From NCBI GenBank assembly GCA_028716745.1, contig JAQUPE010000001.1, positions 30,203 through 94,202 of the forward strand: a stretch of DNA of 64,000 bases, given 5' to 3'. The translations under genes and the position numbers were made by a program. The DNA is from Minisyncoccota bacterium (lineage in GTDB: Bacteria; Patescibacteriota; Minisyncoccia; UBA6257; 02-FULL-45-10c). This document shows positions 47,976 through 58,945 of the stretch, one piece after another. The notes beneath the pieces were generated by a model. It did not search any database, had not been told where the DNA came from, and saw only the letters and a list, made by a program, of their open reading frames with translations. Position 1 is the first letter of the stretch; every line of letters begins with the position of its first letter.

Positions 47976-49037
47976 TTATAGGATGATAACTTCTTTTTCG
48001 CGCGTTGACAGAGAAAGATGGATAAAATTAAAAATTAAAAGAATTTGGTAGAAGAAATAAATTAACAGATAAATCAATCCATAGAAACCGGTAAATAAAT
48101 AAACTGTGCTTTTAATTGTAAAGTATATGAGCAGTATGACCAGCAAGGGGACTATAGTTTTTATGTTTTGAAAAACAAAAGAAAGGGCAGGCGAACCAAT
48201 CTTAATATTGGAAGCATTGTTATAGGTTTGATTTATAAAGCCAGCCATATTTTCAACAATTGAACTAGTTGGTTTAAGCGTAAATTTATAGGGTTCTAAT
48301 TGCTTATTAAGCCCGCTGATTACTTGATTGGTTACCGTTGTTAGTCCGCCTGGAATCATTTTAACTTGAGATTTCTGCTCTTTGCTTAGTTGAGACATCA
48401 CGATAGATTCTGCGAGCTTGTTTATCGTCATGTCCAGAGAAAAATCATCAATTTTTATATTTTGAGCTTCTAATATTTTTTGAATCACTAAGTCTGACGG
48501 TCCCGCTAATTTACTTAATATAGTTGGAGATACAAGCTCTGTATCAAGCGGTAATGAGGATGCGATTAAAATGCTGATAAAAAAGCATAAGGCCGTTATT
48601 GTGCGGGGAACTGATTTTTTTGCAACGATTCCGAATTTTATTTTAATCTGGTTATTTAATTCTTTTGTTCCGCTGATGCTGGCCGAGCACAAACAAAGCA
48701 AAAGAATTATCCAGGCGATAGATAATTGCATAGAGAAATTAAAAGCAAAGGGGGCGGCGATGCCCAAGCTTTCCCCGAATATAATAGGAAGGCTTACTTG
48801 TATGCTTTTAATGGTCAATATTTGCAATTGAAAAATGAATAAAAACAGGAGAGACGCGCCAAGAGAGGCGGCTAAATAAACTGGACTAAATTCAGCCAGG
48901 AGCAATCTTAGAAAATAACCTGAGGCAATTGCCGCTGCAATCCCTAAAACAGCTATAGCGATAACTTTTATCGGAGAAGTATCAACCTCCGACATATCTT
49001 CTACTTTATTTATTAAAGTTGGCTGGCTTTTAATCAT
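47976..49037 (-). CDS. polytopic membrane protein inserted between dnaK and dnaJ, hypothetical
   Basis: 353-aa ORF with many hydrophobic helices. Confidence 0.45.
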   Translation of the reverse strand: MIKSQPTLINKVEDMSEVDTSPIKVIAIAVLGIAAAIASGYFLRLLLAEFSPVYLAASLGASLLFLFIFQLQILTIKSIQVSLPIIFGESLGIAAPFAFNFSMQLSIAWIILLLCLCSASISGTKELNNQIKIKFGIVAKKSVPRTITALCFFISILIASSLPLDTELVSPTILSKLAGPSDLVIQKILEAQNIKIDDFSLDMTINKLAESIVMSQLSKEQKSQVKMIPGGLTTVTNQVISGLNKQLEPYKFTLKPTSSIVENMAGFINQTYNNASNIKIGSPALSFVFQNIKTIVPLLVILLIYFTIKSTVYLFTGFYGLIYLLIYFFYQILLIFNFIHLSLSTREKEVIIL

Positions 49038-49085
49038 ATTTCAATTATACCAATTTATTTTTAACAATTATTAAGTTTTTTACTT

Positions 49086-50948
49086 TTATTGCTTCGGTTC
49101 CTGATTTGGTTCCTGGTTAGGCTCTTGCTTGGGTTCTCCGGCCGGCTGGTTTTTATACATTTCCTGGCCGATTTTTTGAATTTCTGCGGAAAGATCGGCA
49201 ATTGCCGAGCGGATTGCCTGAGAATCGCTGCCGTCTTTAACCGATTTTAATCCTTCTATCTTCTTGTTTACCGCATCTTTAATGTCTTGGCTGATTTTAT
49301 CTCCGGCTTCGCGCAAAGATTTTTCAGAAACATAAATAAGATTTTCGGCATTATTGCGCGCTTCGGCCAATTCCTTTTTCTTTTTGTCTTCTTCGCTGTG
49401 CTGAGCGGCGTCTTGTTTCAATTTTTCTATTTCTGCCTTGGATAAGTTAGTCGAGGCTTCAATTTTAACAGATTGAGTTTTGCCTGAAGCCTTGTCTTTG
49501 GCGGAAACATTTACAATTCCATTCGCATCAATGTCAAAAGAAACTTCAATTTGCGGAATACCGCGCGGAGCCGGCGGGATTCCATCAAGTACAAATCTGG
49601 CTAAAGTTTTATTATCAGCAGCCATTTCTCTTTCTCCCTGCAAGACGTGGATTTCTACGGATGTTTGGCTATCGGACGCGGTGGAAAATACTTGAGACTT
49701 TGCAGTCGGAACAGTCGTATTTTTTTCTATTAATTTTGTGGATACTCCGCCCAATGTTTCAATTCCCAAAGAAAGGGGAGTAACGTCTAAGAGTAAAACA
49801 TCTTTTATGTCGCCCTGGAGAATTCCTCCTTGGGTCGCGGCTCCGAGAGCTACAACTTCGTCCGGGTTTATTCCTTTATGCGGTTCTTTTCCAAAAGCAT
49901 TTTTAACTGCATTTTGTATTGCCGGCATTCTTGTTTGTCCGCCGACTAAAACAATTTCATCAATATCTTTCAAATCAAACCCGGCGTCCTTGACGGTTTT
50001 TTTAGTAAGCTCAATTGATTTATCAATCATGTCTTTTACAAGCTCTTCCAATTTTGCGCGGGTCATCTTCATTAAGAAGTGTTTTGGACCTGCAGCATCG
50101 GATGTGATGTAGGGGAGATTGATTTCTGTTTCAACTGCGGAAGAGAGTTCGTGCTTGGCTTTTTCAGCTGCTTCTTTCAGGCGCTGAAGAGCTAAAGAAT
50201 CTTTTGAAATATCTATACCCTCCTGTTTTTTATATTCATTGGCTAGATATTCATTTATTCTTTTATCAAAATCGTCTCCGCCCAAATGCGTGTCTCCGCC
50301 GGTTCCTTTAACTTCCACTGTGTCGGAGCTGACTTCCAAAACGGAAATATCAAAAGTTCCGCCTCCAAAATCGTAAACAACAATTTTTTCGTTTTTTTGC
50401 TTGTCCAATCCGTAGGCCAAGGCAGCGGCTGTCGGTTCGTTTATAATTCTGCGGACTTTTAATCCGGCGATTTCCCCTGCGTTTTTAGTGGCCTGTCTTT
50501 GACTGTCGTCAAAATAAGCCGGTACGGTGATTACCGCTTCTTCTATTTTTTCTCCAAGTTTGGCTTCGGCATCGGCTTTCAGTTTGGCGAGCGTCATAGC
50601 CGAAATTGCTTCCGGTGAATACCACTTGTCTCCCATTTTTACTTCAACTCCGCCATTGGCAGAGGCTTGAATTTCGTAGGGAAGCCACTTTTTATCAAGC
50701 TGAACTTCCGGATCGCTGAATTTTCTTCCAATCAATCTTTTAACCGAAAAGATCGTATTTTTCGGATTAGTGACGGCCTGGCGCTTAGCCAAAAGCCCGA
50801 CCAATCTTTCATTGGTTTTATTTATTGCGGCTATCGACGGGGTAGTGCGGTTGCCCTCGGCGTTTTCCAATATTTCCGGCTGTCCGGCGATTACCACCGC
50901 TACTGCCGAGTTAGTTGTTCCTAAATCTATTCCTATAATTTTTGACAT
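49086..50948 (-). CDS. dnaK: molecular chaperone DnaK (Hsp70)
   Basis: [22 protein letters not shown], full-length Hsp70; 620 aa. Confidence 0.96.
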   Translation of the reverse strand: MSKIIGIDLGTTNSAVAVVIAGQPEILENAEGNRTTPSIAAINKTNERLVGLLAKRQAVTNPKNTIFSVKRLIGRKFSDPEVQLDKKWLPYEIQASANGGVEVKMGDKWYSPEAISAMTLAKLKADAEAKLGEKIEEAVITVPAYFDDSQRQATKNAGEIAGLKVRRIINEPTAAALAYGLDKQKNEKIVVYDFGGGTFDISVLEVSSDTVEVKGTGGDTHLGGDDFDKRINEYLANEYKKQEGIDISKDSLALQRLKEAAEKAKHELSSAVETEINLPYITSDAAGPKHFLMKMTRAKLEELVKDMIDKSIELTKKTVKDAGFDLKDIDEIVLVGGQTRMPAIQNAVKNAFGKEPHKGINPDEVVALGAATQGGILQGDIKDVLLLDVTPLSLGIETLGGVSTKLIEKNTTVPTAKSQVFSTASDSQTSVEIHVLQGEREMAADNKTLARFVLDGIPPAPRGIPQIEVSFDIDANGIVNVSAKDKASGKTQSVKIEASTNLSKAEIEKLKQDAAQHSEEDKKKKELAEARNNAENLIYVSEKSLREAGDKISQDIKDAVNKKIEGLKSVKDGSDSQAIRSAIADLSAEIQKIGQEMYKNQPAGEPKQEPNQEPNQEPKQ

Positions 50949-50963
50949 ATTTTTATTTATTTT

Positions 50964-51449
50964 TTATTTTTGTTTTGCGACTTTGACTTTGGCTGGCCTA
51001 ATTATTTTTTCGTGGAGTTTCCAGCCTTTTACTATTTCCTCCACTATTGTTTCCGGTTCTTTATCCGATTCAACTTCTCCTATCGATTCGTGAATTTCCG
51101 GATTAAACTTTTCTCCGATAGATTTTATTTTTTCCAGTCCGTTTTGGCTTAAAACTTTTTCTAATTGCGAATGGATTATTTCAAATCCTTTTTTAGTCTT
51201 TTCATCGGCTGCGTTCATCGTTGCGTATGAGAGTTCAAAGCTATCCAGTACCGGCAATAATTCTTTAATTAATTCCAGATTTCCGTATTTTATCGCCTCG
51301 GTAAATCTTTTCATTTCGTCTTTCTGATAATTTATATAATCCGCTTTTGCCCTTTTCCATCCGTTCAGATAATCTTCTTTTTCTTTTTCCAGCTTGGCGA
51401 TTTTTTCGTTCAGTTCGCCTTCGTTATTAATTTGGTTATTTTCTTCCAT
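50964..51449 (-). CDS. grpE: nucleotide exchange factor GrpE
   Basis: Coiled-coil N-terminus plus GrpE C-terminal domain; position between hrcA and dnaK. Confidence 0.85.
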   Translation of the reverse strand: MEENNQINNEGELNEKIAKLEKEKEDYLNGWKRAKADYINYQKDEMKRFTEAIKYGNLELIKELLPVLDSFELSYATMNAADEKTKKGFEIIHSQLEKVLSQNGLEKIKSIGEKFNPEIHESIGEVESDKEPETIVEEIVKGWKLHEKIIRPAKVKVAKQK

Positions 51450-52155
51450 GTTTTTTTGTTGATTCTTTTATTTGTTTTAAAATTTTCAAATTCTTTTGAT
51501 AGTCCATCCTTTTCGAGCCGATGGCGGCGAGATAAAATCTTTCTCCGCCGATATTATAACCGTCGATTATCACCGCAAGGTTATCGCTCGTGGTGATCGG
51601 GCTCTTTTTGCCGATGAATATCTGGGGTTCAGTTGTATGGCCGAGAATTTCCGGAATCATTTTTAATTTTTCATCAAGATCTTCGAAGTCGCGCGCTATT
51701 TCATAAAAATCATTTTTAGAATCAAGCTCGAGCTGTCCAAAGAGTTCGTCTAGTCCGCTCTTATATATAGTAGGGGAGTTGGTTTGGTATCCGGCGCCCA
51801 ATAGGCCCATTTCATGAGAAACTTCATCTATAAAGCTAGGCCATTGTCGGCTGGAAAGAACATCTATTAATTGATTGATGTGTTTTCCGGTCGAAGATAC
51901 CGAATTCATCAGGTTTTCAATGGTCTGGCCGACTAAATATTGATACCCCTTATTAGTAGGGACGCGGCCTCCGGAAGTGTGCGGCTGAGCCAAAAAACCT
52001 TCTTTTGTAAGGTTATTTAATTCGTTTCTTATAGTGGCGTCTTTAACGCCAAAGCCATATTTTTTCCCGAGATGTTTTGAGCTAATTGGCTTGCCGCTGG
52101 CTATATATTCCTGAACGGCAGCTTCTAAAATTTCATAAGTTCTTTCATTAAACAT
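51436..52155 (-). CDS. hrcA: heat-inducible repressor HrcA (short form)
   Basis: N-terminal wHTH MFNERTYEILEAAVQEYIASGKPISSKHL; CIRCE element directly upstream. Confidence 0.75.
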   Translation of the reverse strand: MFNERTYEILEAAVQEYIASGKPISSKHLGKKYGFGVKDATIRNELNNLTKEGFLAQPHTSGGRVPTNKGYQYLVGQTIENLMNSVSSTGKHINQLIDVLSSRQWPSFIDEVSHEMGLLGAGYQTNSPTIYKSGLDELFGQLELDSKNDFYEIARDFEDLDEKLKMIPEILGHTTEPQIFIGKKSPITTSDNLAVIIDGYNIGGERFYLAAIGSKRMDYQKNLKILKQIKESTKKHGRK

Positions 52156-52172
52156 ATTGTTATTTTATCCAT

Positions 52173-52199
52173 TTTAGCACTCTTGTCAAGAGAGTGCTA
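52173..52199. promoter_or_regulatory. CIRCE operator (TTAGCACTC-N9-GAGTGCTAA), perfect consensus
   Basis: ttagcactc ttgtcaaga gagtgctaa read directly; located upstream of the hrcA-grpE-dnaK-dnaJ operon. Confidence 0.9.
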
Positions 52200-52253
52200 A
52201 TCCGTTTTTGTTAATAAAAAAACCGCGATCGTCATGTAACTGACTTTCGCGGT

Positions 52254-52955
52254 CTACCACGTATCGTATTCCTTATTATTGTATTCAACGTCTTGGATTT
52301 CTTTTATCCGAGCCGCTTTTCGTCTGCTGCCGTTTTTACTCATGTCATAAACGACCGCATTAACGATTTTCGGCCCTGCCATTTTGATGGCTACTTTCAG
52401 ATCTTTTCTGCCTCGGATTTGCCGGGCGAGTTTTCCGAAAGCGGACAGCTTCATGTCTTCCGACCCGAGCCCTATGATGCAGGTAAGATCTTCATAGCTG
52501 TTTCTTTTTTGCAGAAGCAGCTCGCAGGCCTCATCAACAATTCCGGTCCATCTGATTAAATATCTCAGATCATCAGACGTGGGATTATTGTTGAGAATTA
52601 TTTTTCCGATTGTCTTTTTCAGTTTCACGGAAAAATCGAGCACAACTTGAAGATCGTCTCCGAAGAAAACGGTCCGGGTCAGATTTTCCCATCCGCAGGA
52701 ACGTTCCCTCATAGATTCTATTCCGCTCATGACCCTTCTGAGTTCGTGGTTGCATATTGTTTTTTTGGAAACCACGTCGGAAAACACGTCCTTAAAGGAC
52801 TCTATGTGCCCGAGCAGAAGGTTGGTGCTGGTATGGATTGACTGTATGGCGAGAAGGCCGCGGCTGTTCTTTGCTTGCTTGAAAGTCTTGATGATGTGTT
52901 TTTCCAGAGAATTTGTAATATCTCGAAATTCTTGGATGAATACATTTATTTTCAT
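52254..52955 (-). CDS. high-G+C hypothetical protein (likely start ATG at 52955 with SD acggaggt; the track ORF extends to a TTG at 53015)
   Basis: Minus-strand ORF; hairpin + T-run terminator at 52219-52252 (minus sense). Confidence 0.45.
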   Translation of the reverse strand: MKINVFIQEFRDITNSLEKHIIKTFKQAKNSRGLLAIQSIHTSTNLLLGHIESFKDVFSDVVSKKTICNHELRRVMSGIESMRERSCGWENLTRTVFFGDDLQVVLDFSVKLKKTIGKIILNNNPTSDDLRYLIRWTGIVDEACELLLQKRNSYEDLTCIIGLGSEDMKLSAFGKLARQIRGRKDLKVAIKMAGPKIVNAVVYDMSKNGSRRKAARIKEIQDVEYNNKEYDTW

Positions 52956-53082
52956 ATTACCTCCGTATTTTTTTAGAACTGACGTTATTTTGCATTTAAA
53001 TGGCTGTTTTGTCAAATAAAATTTTGTATTCTTATAAATTTTTGGAATAAAAAAAGCCGCCCCTCAACAGATTCGGGACGGC

Positions 53083-53520
53083 TTACTCCTTCGGCTGGTC
53101 TATGACCATCAGCGCTCGGCAGGGGACCTCGTCGGGATTAGAAATCTTTTCTCTGGCTTCTTTCATCCAGTAGTCCAGATGTTCCCGGCTGACATATTTT
53201 GCTATGAGTTTCAGATCATCCCTTGTCGGTTTTTGTTCCAGGATCTTGTTCGCTATGCCGGCTATAAGCAGTTGGCTGTACTGCAGGATGTAGCTATAGA
53301 CGCTCATGAGTTTAGAACTGAGCGAATATTCTTTCATCCTTTTTTCGATTATAGCCATGGCATATTTGAGTCTTACGAGAAGAATCTTGAGGGACCTGTT
53401 GTTGTGGTCCTTTTTCCAGAACTCGTCCCAGAACTCGATGAGCTCCATTTCTACATTGTCGAGGAGTTCGACTTCTGATTTTCTCAGGAGTTCTTCCTCA
53501 AACTCATCCTTTTTGCTCAT
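53083..53520 (-). CDS. high-G+C hypothetical acidic/helical protein
   Basis: ORF with SD aagggggtgaaaaacctATG; upstream promoter TTGACA-N17-TATTAT (minus strand, ~53571-53600). Confidence 0.45.
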   Translation of the reverse strand: MSKKDEFEEELLRKSEVELLDNVEMELIEFWDEFWKKDHNNRSLKILLVRLKYAMAIIEKRMKEYSLSSKLMSVYSYILQYSQLLIAGIANKILEQKPTRDDLKLIAKYVSREHLDYWMKEAREKISNPDEVPCRALMVIDQPKE

Positions 53521-53630
53521 AGGTTTTTCACCCCCTTGGTGTATTAAGTTGTAAATATTTCGATGGCTTTATAATACATTAAAATTGCCATTTTGTCAAA
53601 CTAAAAAGGAAACTAAAAATAGTTCTGTTT

Positions 53631-54563
53631 TTGTTGTATATTTACATGATGAAAACAAAAATAAATAAAATTTTAATTATTTCTATGGCGGCTCTTGCGG
53701 TTGCAGTTGTTGCTCTCGCAATAAGATTTACTTTGGGCGGTCCTGAGGACAGCTGGATTTGCAGCGATGGCCAATGGGTTAAGCACGGCAATCCGTCTGT
53801 ATCTCAGCCGGACACTCTTTGCGGAAATTCCGGTGAAATTATAGAACCGAAGATTGTCGTGACTGCGCCGAGGCAGAATCAGATTATCAGCGGCCCTTTT
53901 GAAATTTCGGGGAAGGCTAAGACTTGGTATTTTGAAGGAAGTTTTCCGGTGAGCTTGGTTGATTCGCAAAATAATAAAATTGCAGCCGGTTATGCCAAGG
54001 CGATGGGCGAGTGGATGACGGCAGAATATGTTCCGTTTCAATTAGGAGACATGAAATTTTTATCTTATCCAAAAGCTACGACCAGCGGATTCGTTGTTTT
54101 TCAAAAAGATAATCCGTCGGATATGCGCGAACTAGACGAAGAATTCCGCGTGCCGGTAACAATTGCTCCGATGCAAACAGTAAAAGTTAAGCTTTATTTC
54201 AATAATAATAAGCTTGATCCGGAAATTTCCTGCAATAAAGTTTTTCCGGCGGAAAGAGAAATAATAAAAACTCAGGCTTTAGCCAGGGCGGCTGTTGAAG
54301 AATTATTGAAGGGTCCGTCGCAAACTGAAATAGAACAAGGATTTTCTACGATTATTAATTATGGCGTTAAAATTCAAAGTTTAGTTATAGAAAATAATAT
54401 TGCCAGAATTGATTTTAATGAAACGCTTGATAATCCGGGCGGAGGATCATGCCGTGTTTCCGCAATCCGCGCGCAAATCACGCAAACTTTAAAACAATTT
54501 TCATCGGTTAAGGACGTAATAATTTCTATAAACGGAGAAACAGAAACCATTCTACAGCCTTAG
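53631..54563 (+). CDS. membrane-anchored protein with C-terminal GerMN-like domain
   Basis: N-terminal transmembrane segment; C-terminus ...ARAAVEELLKGPSQTEIEQGFSTIINYGVKIQSLVIENNIARIDFNETL resembles the GerMN/Gmad2 pattern. Confidence 0.45.
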   Translation: MLYIYMMKTKINKILIISMAALAVAVVALAIRFTLGGPEDSWICSDGQWVKHGNPSVSQPDTLCGNSGEIIEPKIVVTAPRQNQIISGPFEISGKAKTWYFEGSFPVSLVDSQNNKIAAGYAKAMGEWMTAEYVPFQLGDMKFLSYPKATTSGFVVFQKDNPSDMRELDEEFRVPVTIAPMQTVKVKLYFNNNKLDPEISCNKVFPAEREIIKTQALARAAVEELLKGPSQTEIEQGFSTIINYGVKIQSLVIENNIARIDFNETLDNPGGGSCRVSAIRAQITQTLKQFSSVKDVIISINGETETILQP

Positions 54564-54684
54564 TGATGCCTGAATAATAGTTGGTTTTTATTTAGAGGCG
54601 TTGTATTATCACGTTAGTTTTTTAATAAATTGGCGAGCTGGTTTCATCCAGAGAGCCAAAATTAACTAAAGGAGGGAGACCCTT

Positions 54685-55461
54685 ATGGGGAGCCTGGTAA
54701 AGGAGACGCCGTACTCCGAAATTACGGCAACGCTGGAGGTATTGGAAAGGCAGGGAATAACCCGGGAGCACTTCAAGAAGATTCGCGCCGATTCGGTTTT
54801 TGCCAAACGGCTTTCGGGCGTAGCTTGCGGAACATGGCCCGGCAGTATGCCGGTACATGATGATTATGCGTTCAATCTATGGAGAAAATTTTATAAAGAA
54901 ATTTTCGACATAGATGAAGATTTGTATGAGGCTTTAAAAAGAGCTATCCCGGAAAGCCAATTTGATTTTTCCTGGATGGTGATTATGCACAAAAGGATAA
55001 CCTCTTTTACTCAGATATTTCGGGCCTTTGATTATCTTGGCGTAAAGTACGCCGATCATTTTTTGGGCTTTGAGATAAATGAGCTCGACGGATTATTTGC
55101 AAATGAAAGAGATCCAAAGAATGGCAGCTACTTAATTCGTGTTAGAAACAGGCAGGAGGCAGATGTAGAATTAAAGGATTTGTCAGCAGATAATTTAAAA
55201 ACCAAATGCATTAAAAGCATAACGGTTCTTGAGCGCTTAATGCTCGAATTGATTTTTTTCTGGACAACGGGCGGGCACTTAGATACCGGATCGAGGCTTA
55301 CTCTTTGCAGCGGCTCGCGCTTCCTTCCGGGAGGTTACAAAATACCGGCCGTTCGCTGGTTCAATCAGGGGCATGATGATCCTAATCAGCACCTGAGTTA
55401 CGGTACTTGCAGTTTTGTTAGTACCGGTTGGTCATCTCGCCAGGTGCTTTCCTGGAGATAG
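54685..55461 (+). CDS. high-G+C hypothetical protein
   Basis: SD aaaggagggagacccttATG; terminator at 55476-55507. Confidence 0.45.
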   Translation: MGSLVKETPYSEITATLEVLERQGITREHFKKIRADSVFAKRLSGVACGTWPGSMPVHDDYAFNLWRKFYKEIFDIDEDLYEALKRAIPESQFDFSWMVIMHKRITSFTQIFRAFDYLGVKYADHFLGFEINELDGLFANERDPKNGSYLIRVRNRQEADVELKDLSADNLKTKCIKSITVLERLMLELIFFWTTGGHLDTGSRLTLCSGSRFLPGGYKIPAVRWFNQGHDDPNQHLSYGTCSFVSTGWSSRQVLSWR

Positions 55462-55475
55462 TACCCAGGAGTTTT

Positions 55476-55507
55476 AGCCGCGTTTTCAGAGAACGCGGTT
55501 TTTTTAT
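55476..55507 (+). terminator. rho-independent terminator
   Basis: ccgcgtt-ttcagag-aacgcgg + T-run. Confidence 0.6.
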
Positions 55508-55589
55508 TGTTTATCCAAAAAATTTTAGGGTCCGATAAAAGAAAGGACTTTATCCACTTGCTATTTTTTGATAAATTGGTTAAATTAAA

Positions 55590-56822
55590 TTGCAAATGAA
55601 GAGCAAGAATTTACTATTTTTTATTGTCGTTGCCTTAGCCATAGGGGCGGCTTTTTTTGTTTATCCGAAGAGTCCGATTCTTTATCAAAGCTCTCCGTGG
55701 CGCTTGGGTTTGGATTTAGTTGGCGGAAGCTATTTGGTTTATGAAGTTGATATGTCCTCGGTAGCTGCCGGAGATAAAGATATAGTCATGAACGGGCTTA
55801 GAGACGTTATAGAAAAAAGAGTAAATCTTTTCGGCGTAGCCGAGCCTAGAGTTACCGCTTCCAGAGCCGGGGGTAATTATCGCTTAAATGTAGAGTTAGC
55901 CGGTATTAAAGATATAAATGAAGCTATTAAAATGATAGGCGAAACGCCATTTTTGTATTTTGCCGAAACGGATAGCACCGATCCGGAAAAGCCTAAATTT
56001 ACAATGACGGAATTGACCGGAAGATATTTAAAAAAAGCTCAGCTTACTTTCAGCCAATTAGGCTTGCCAGAGGTTTCTTTGGAGTTTAACGATGAAGGCG
56101 CAAAGATTTTTGAAGATATTACTACCAAAAATGTCGGGAAATTAGTTTCAATTTTTTTGGATAGAGATCTAATAGAATCAGCGAGAGTCAATGAGCCGAT
56201 TGCCGGAGGCAAGGCGCAAATCAGCGGAATTAACAGCACTAAAGACGCAAAGAAGCTGGTGGAGCGTCTTAATGCAGGAGCTTTGCCGGCGCCGATTAAA
56301 TTGATAAATCAGCAGACGCTCAGCGCTTCTTTGGGACAAGATTCTTTGCAAAAAACCATTTGGGCCGGTATTTACGGAACTTTGGCAGTTATTTTATTCA
56401 TGCTTTTGTATTATCACGGTCTCGGATTTTTTGCGGCGGTGGCCTTGTTTATATATATAGTATTAACCTTGGCGGTATTCAAAATTTTCTCCGTTACAAT
56501 GACGTTGGCGGGAATAGCAGGATTTATTTTGACTATCGGCATGGCGGTAGATGCAAATATTTTAATATTTGAAAGAACTAAAGAAGAAAGGAAGAGGGGG
56601 TTGAACAAGGCTGCGGCGGTAGCCGAAGGATTCAAAAGAGCCTGGACTTCGATCCGCGATTCCAATTTGGCTACAATTTTAACCGCGCTTATTCTTTATA
56701 ATTTCACATCGGGCTTTGTTAAAGGTTTTGCGCTTACTTTATTGATAGGAGTACTGATCAGCATGTTCACAGCCATAACTGTTACAAGAAATTTATTAAA
56801 TATTTTTTACGTAAAAGAATAA
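55590..56822 (+). CDS. secD: protein translocase subunit SecD
   Basis: N-terminal transmembrane segment, periplasmic domain, C-terminal 5-TM bundle; followed by secF. Confidence 0.85.
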   Translation: MQMKSKNLLFFIVVALAIGAAFFVYPKSPILYQSSPWRLGLDLVGGSYLVYEVDMSSVAAGDKDIVMNGLRDVIEKRVNLFGVAEPRVTASRAGGNYRLNVELAGIKDINEAIKMIGETPFLYFAETDSTDPEKPKFTMTELTGRYLKKAQLTFSQLGLPEVSLEFNDEGAKIFEDITTKNVGKLVSIFLDRDLIESARVNEPIAGGKAQISGINSTKDAKKLVERLNAGALPAPIKLINQQTLSASLGQDSLQKTIWAGIYGTLAVILFMLLYYHGLGFFAAVALFIYIVLTLAVFKIFSVTMTLAGIAGFILTIGMAVDANILIFERTKEERKRGLNKAAAVAEGFKRAWTSIRDSNLATILTALILYNFTSGFVKGFALTLLIGVLISMFTAITVTRNLLNIFYVKE

Positions 56823-56823
56823 T

Positions 56824-57711
56824 ATGTTTAATTTAATCAAATATAAAAATTTATTTATCGGATTTTCCCTGATTTTGACGATAGCGGCGGTGGCAAGCAT
56901 CGCAACTTACGGCTATAAATGGGGAATAGATTTTGAAGGAGGAACTTTGTGGCAAATAAAGTTTATTAAAGATGCTCCTGCGGTAGAAACCGTTAAGGCA
57001 GAAATAAAAAGCATTGCCGGACTGGAAGATTCGATAATCACGGAAGATTTTTCCAGCGCGACATTTTTAATCAGAACAAAAGAAATTTCCGAAATTCAGC
57101 ATCAGGAATATTCAGATGTTATAAAAACAAAATTAGGGGATTTCGAAGAGTTCCGTTTTGAAAGCATCGGCCCTGCGATTGGAAAAGAGCTTCGCGGAAA
57201 AGCCATTACCGCTTTTATCTTGGTGCTTTTAGGCATTTCATTTTATATAGCGTTTGCCTTCAGGAAGGTTTCTTATCCGGTTAGTTCCTGGAAATATGGA
57301 TTTTCTACATTAATAAGCTTGTTCCACGATGCTTTAATACCGGCTGGAATATATGCTTTTCTTGGCCACATTAGAATGGTGGAAGTTGATTCAAATTTTA
57401 TAGTGGCGCTTTTGGTAGTTATGGGCTTTTCAGTTCACGACACCATTGTTGTGTTTGATAGGATCCGCGAGAATTTGCTTGTTCAAAGAGGAAAGAAATT
57501 TGAGGAGGTTATCAATATCAGCGTAAATCAGACATTTGCCCGCTCGGTTAATACTTCTTTGACGCTGGTTTTGGTGCTTTTAGCTCTCTATCTATTTGGC
57601 GCAGCTTCGCTTAGCTACTTTGTCCTGTTAATATTGATTGGAACGATCATTGGAACTTATTCTTCCATCTTCGTGGCCAGCCCAGTTCTTACCTATTTAC
57701 AAAAAAAGTAA
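56824..57711 (+). CDS. secF: protein translocase subunit SecF
   Basis: SecF topology and motifs (LISLFHDALIP...), adjacent to secD. Confidence 0.85.
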   Translation: MFNLIKYKNLFIGFSLILTIAAVASIATYGYKWGIDFEGGTLWQIKFIKDAPAVETVKAEIKSIAGLEDSIITEDFSSATFLIRTKEISEIQHQEYSDVIKTKLGDFEEFRFESIGPAIGKELRGKAITAFILVLLGISFYIAFAFRKVSYPVSSWKYGFSTLISLFHDALIPAGIYAFLGHIRMVEVDSNFIVALLVVMGFSVHDTIVVFDRIRENLLVQRGKKFEEVINISVNQTFARSVNTSLTLVLVLLALYLFGAASLSYFVLLILIGTIIGTYSSIFVASPVLTYLQKK

Positions 57712-57789
57712 TCTATGGTATAATGTTATCAACATAAATTAATAGGCACTTGCTTTATTTTATGTTTTAATTTATAATATATTCACATT

Positions 57790-58830
57790 ATGGATATCAA
57801 AATAGGACAATTAGTTAATGACTTGCTTCGCGGCCTTGATTCCAGGCAGAAAGAAGTTCTGGAAAAGAGGTATGGCTTGAAGGACGGCAAGAATATGACC
57901 CTGGAAGCTTTGGGTGATATTTATGGCGTCACCAGAGAAAGAATGAGGCAGATTCAGAATTCAGCTTTAGAAAAGCTGAAGGCATCCGACAAAAACGGTC
58001 TTTTGGCGAAATTCACCAAAAAGGTTAGCGACCACTTAAAAAATGTCGGTGGTCTCAGAAGAGAGACTTTGCTTTTGGCTGATTTGCAGCTCTTATTTGC
58101 GGAATCATCTTCTTCTGTCTTGGACAATAAGGCAAAATTCTTAATGGAAGTTGCCGGATTTGATTATTCGCCGGAAGATAAGAGTTTTTACTCTTATTGG
58201 TTTTTAAATAATGAAAATAAAAAGAAAGCGACTGACTTTGTTGCTAAGCTCGCCAAGTTTTTGGAAAGCAAAAAGCAAACTGTTGTTACAGCTGGAACTA
58301 TAGATAAAATTTTTAAAGAAGCTATTAAGCCGCATAATTTGAAAGAATTGGTGGCTTTGAATTATATTTCTGCTTCCAAGAAATTCCATGTAAATCAGTT
58401 TGGAGATTTCGGATTGTCTAATTGGTCCGAAGTAAATCCTAAAACTGTCCGTGATTGGGCGCATTTGATTTTAAGAAAAGAAAATAAGCCTCTTCACTTT
58501 ACGGAAATAGCCAAAATGATCGGCAATGTCCGCGATGTTTCAAAAGTTATGAATCCCCAGACTGTCCATAACGAGCTTATAAAAGATATTCGCTTTGTTT
58601 TGGTTGGCCGCGGAATTTATGGATTGAAGGAGTGCGGGTTTGAACCGGGCACTACTAAAGAGGTAATGGTTCGTCTTTTAAAACAGAAGGGACCGATGTC
58701 TCCGGATGAATTATTGAAGATGGTTTTGAAAGAGAGAATTTTGAAAAAGAATACTATCCTCGTTAATTTGCAGAATAAGAAGCATTTTAAGAGATTGGAA
58801 GACGGCCGATATTCGGTTAATATGGCCTAA
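57790..58830 (+). CDS. protein with N-terminal sigma-70 region-4-like HTH and a long unknown C-terminal domain
   Basis: RQKEVLEKRYGLKDGKNMTLEALGDIYGVTRERMRQIQNSALEKLK matches the region 4.2 pattern; placement at the N-terminus is atypical. Confidence 0.45.
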   Translation: MDIKIGQLVNDLLRGLDSRQKEVLEKRYGLKDGKNMTLEALGDIYGVTRERMRQIQNSALEKLKASDKNGLLAKFTKKVSDHLKNVGGLRRETLLLADLQLLFAESSSSVLDNKAKFLMEVAGFDYSPEDKSFYSYWFLNNENKKKATDFVAKLAKFLESKKQTVVTAGTIDKIFKEAIKPHNLKELVALNYISASKKFHVNQFGDFGLSNWSEVNPKTVRDWAHLILRKENKPLHFTEIAKMIGNVRDVSKVMNPQTVHNELIKDIRFVLVGRGIYGLKECGFEPGTTKEVMVRLLKQKGPMSPDELLKMVLKERILKKNTILVNLQNKKHFKRLEDGRYSVNMA

Positions 58831-58945
58831 GAAATCATAAACAAACAAAATTAAGGGAGCAGATGTGAGTTCGTCATGTAAATGGCAGACTCACAATTGC
58901 TCCCTTTTTTAATTCTAAAATTAAGGTTAAAATAAAGATAATCGC

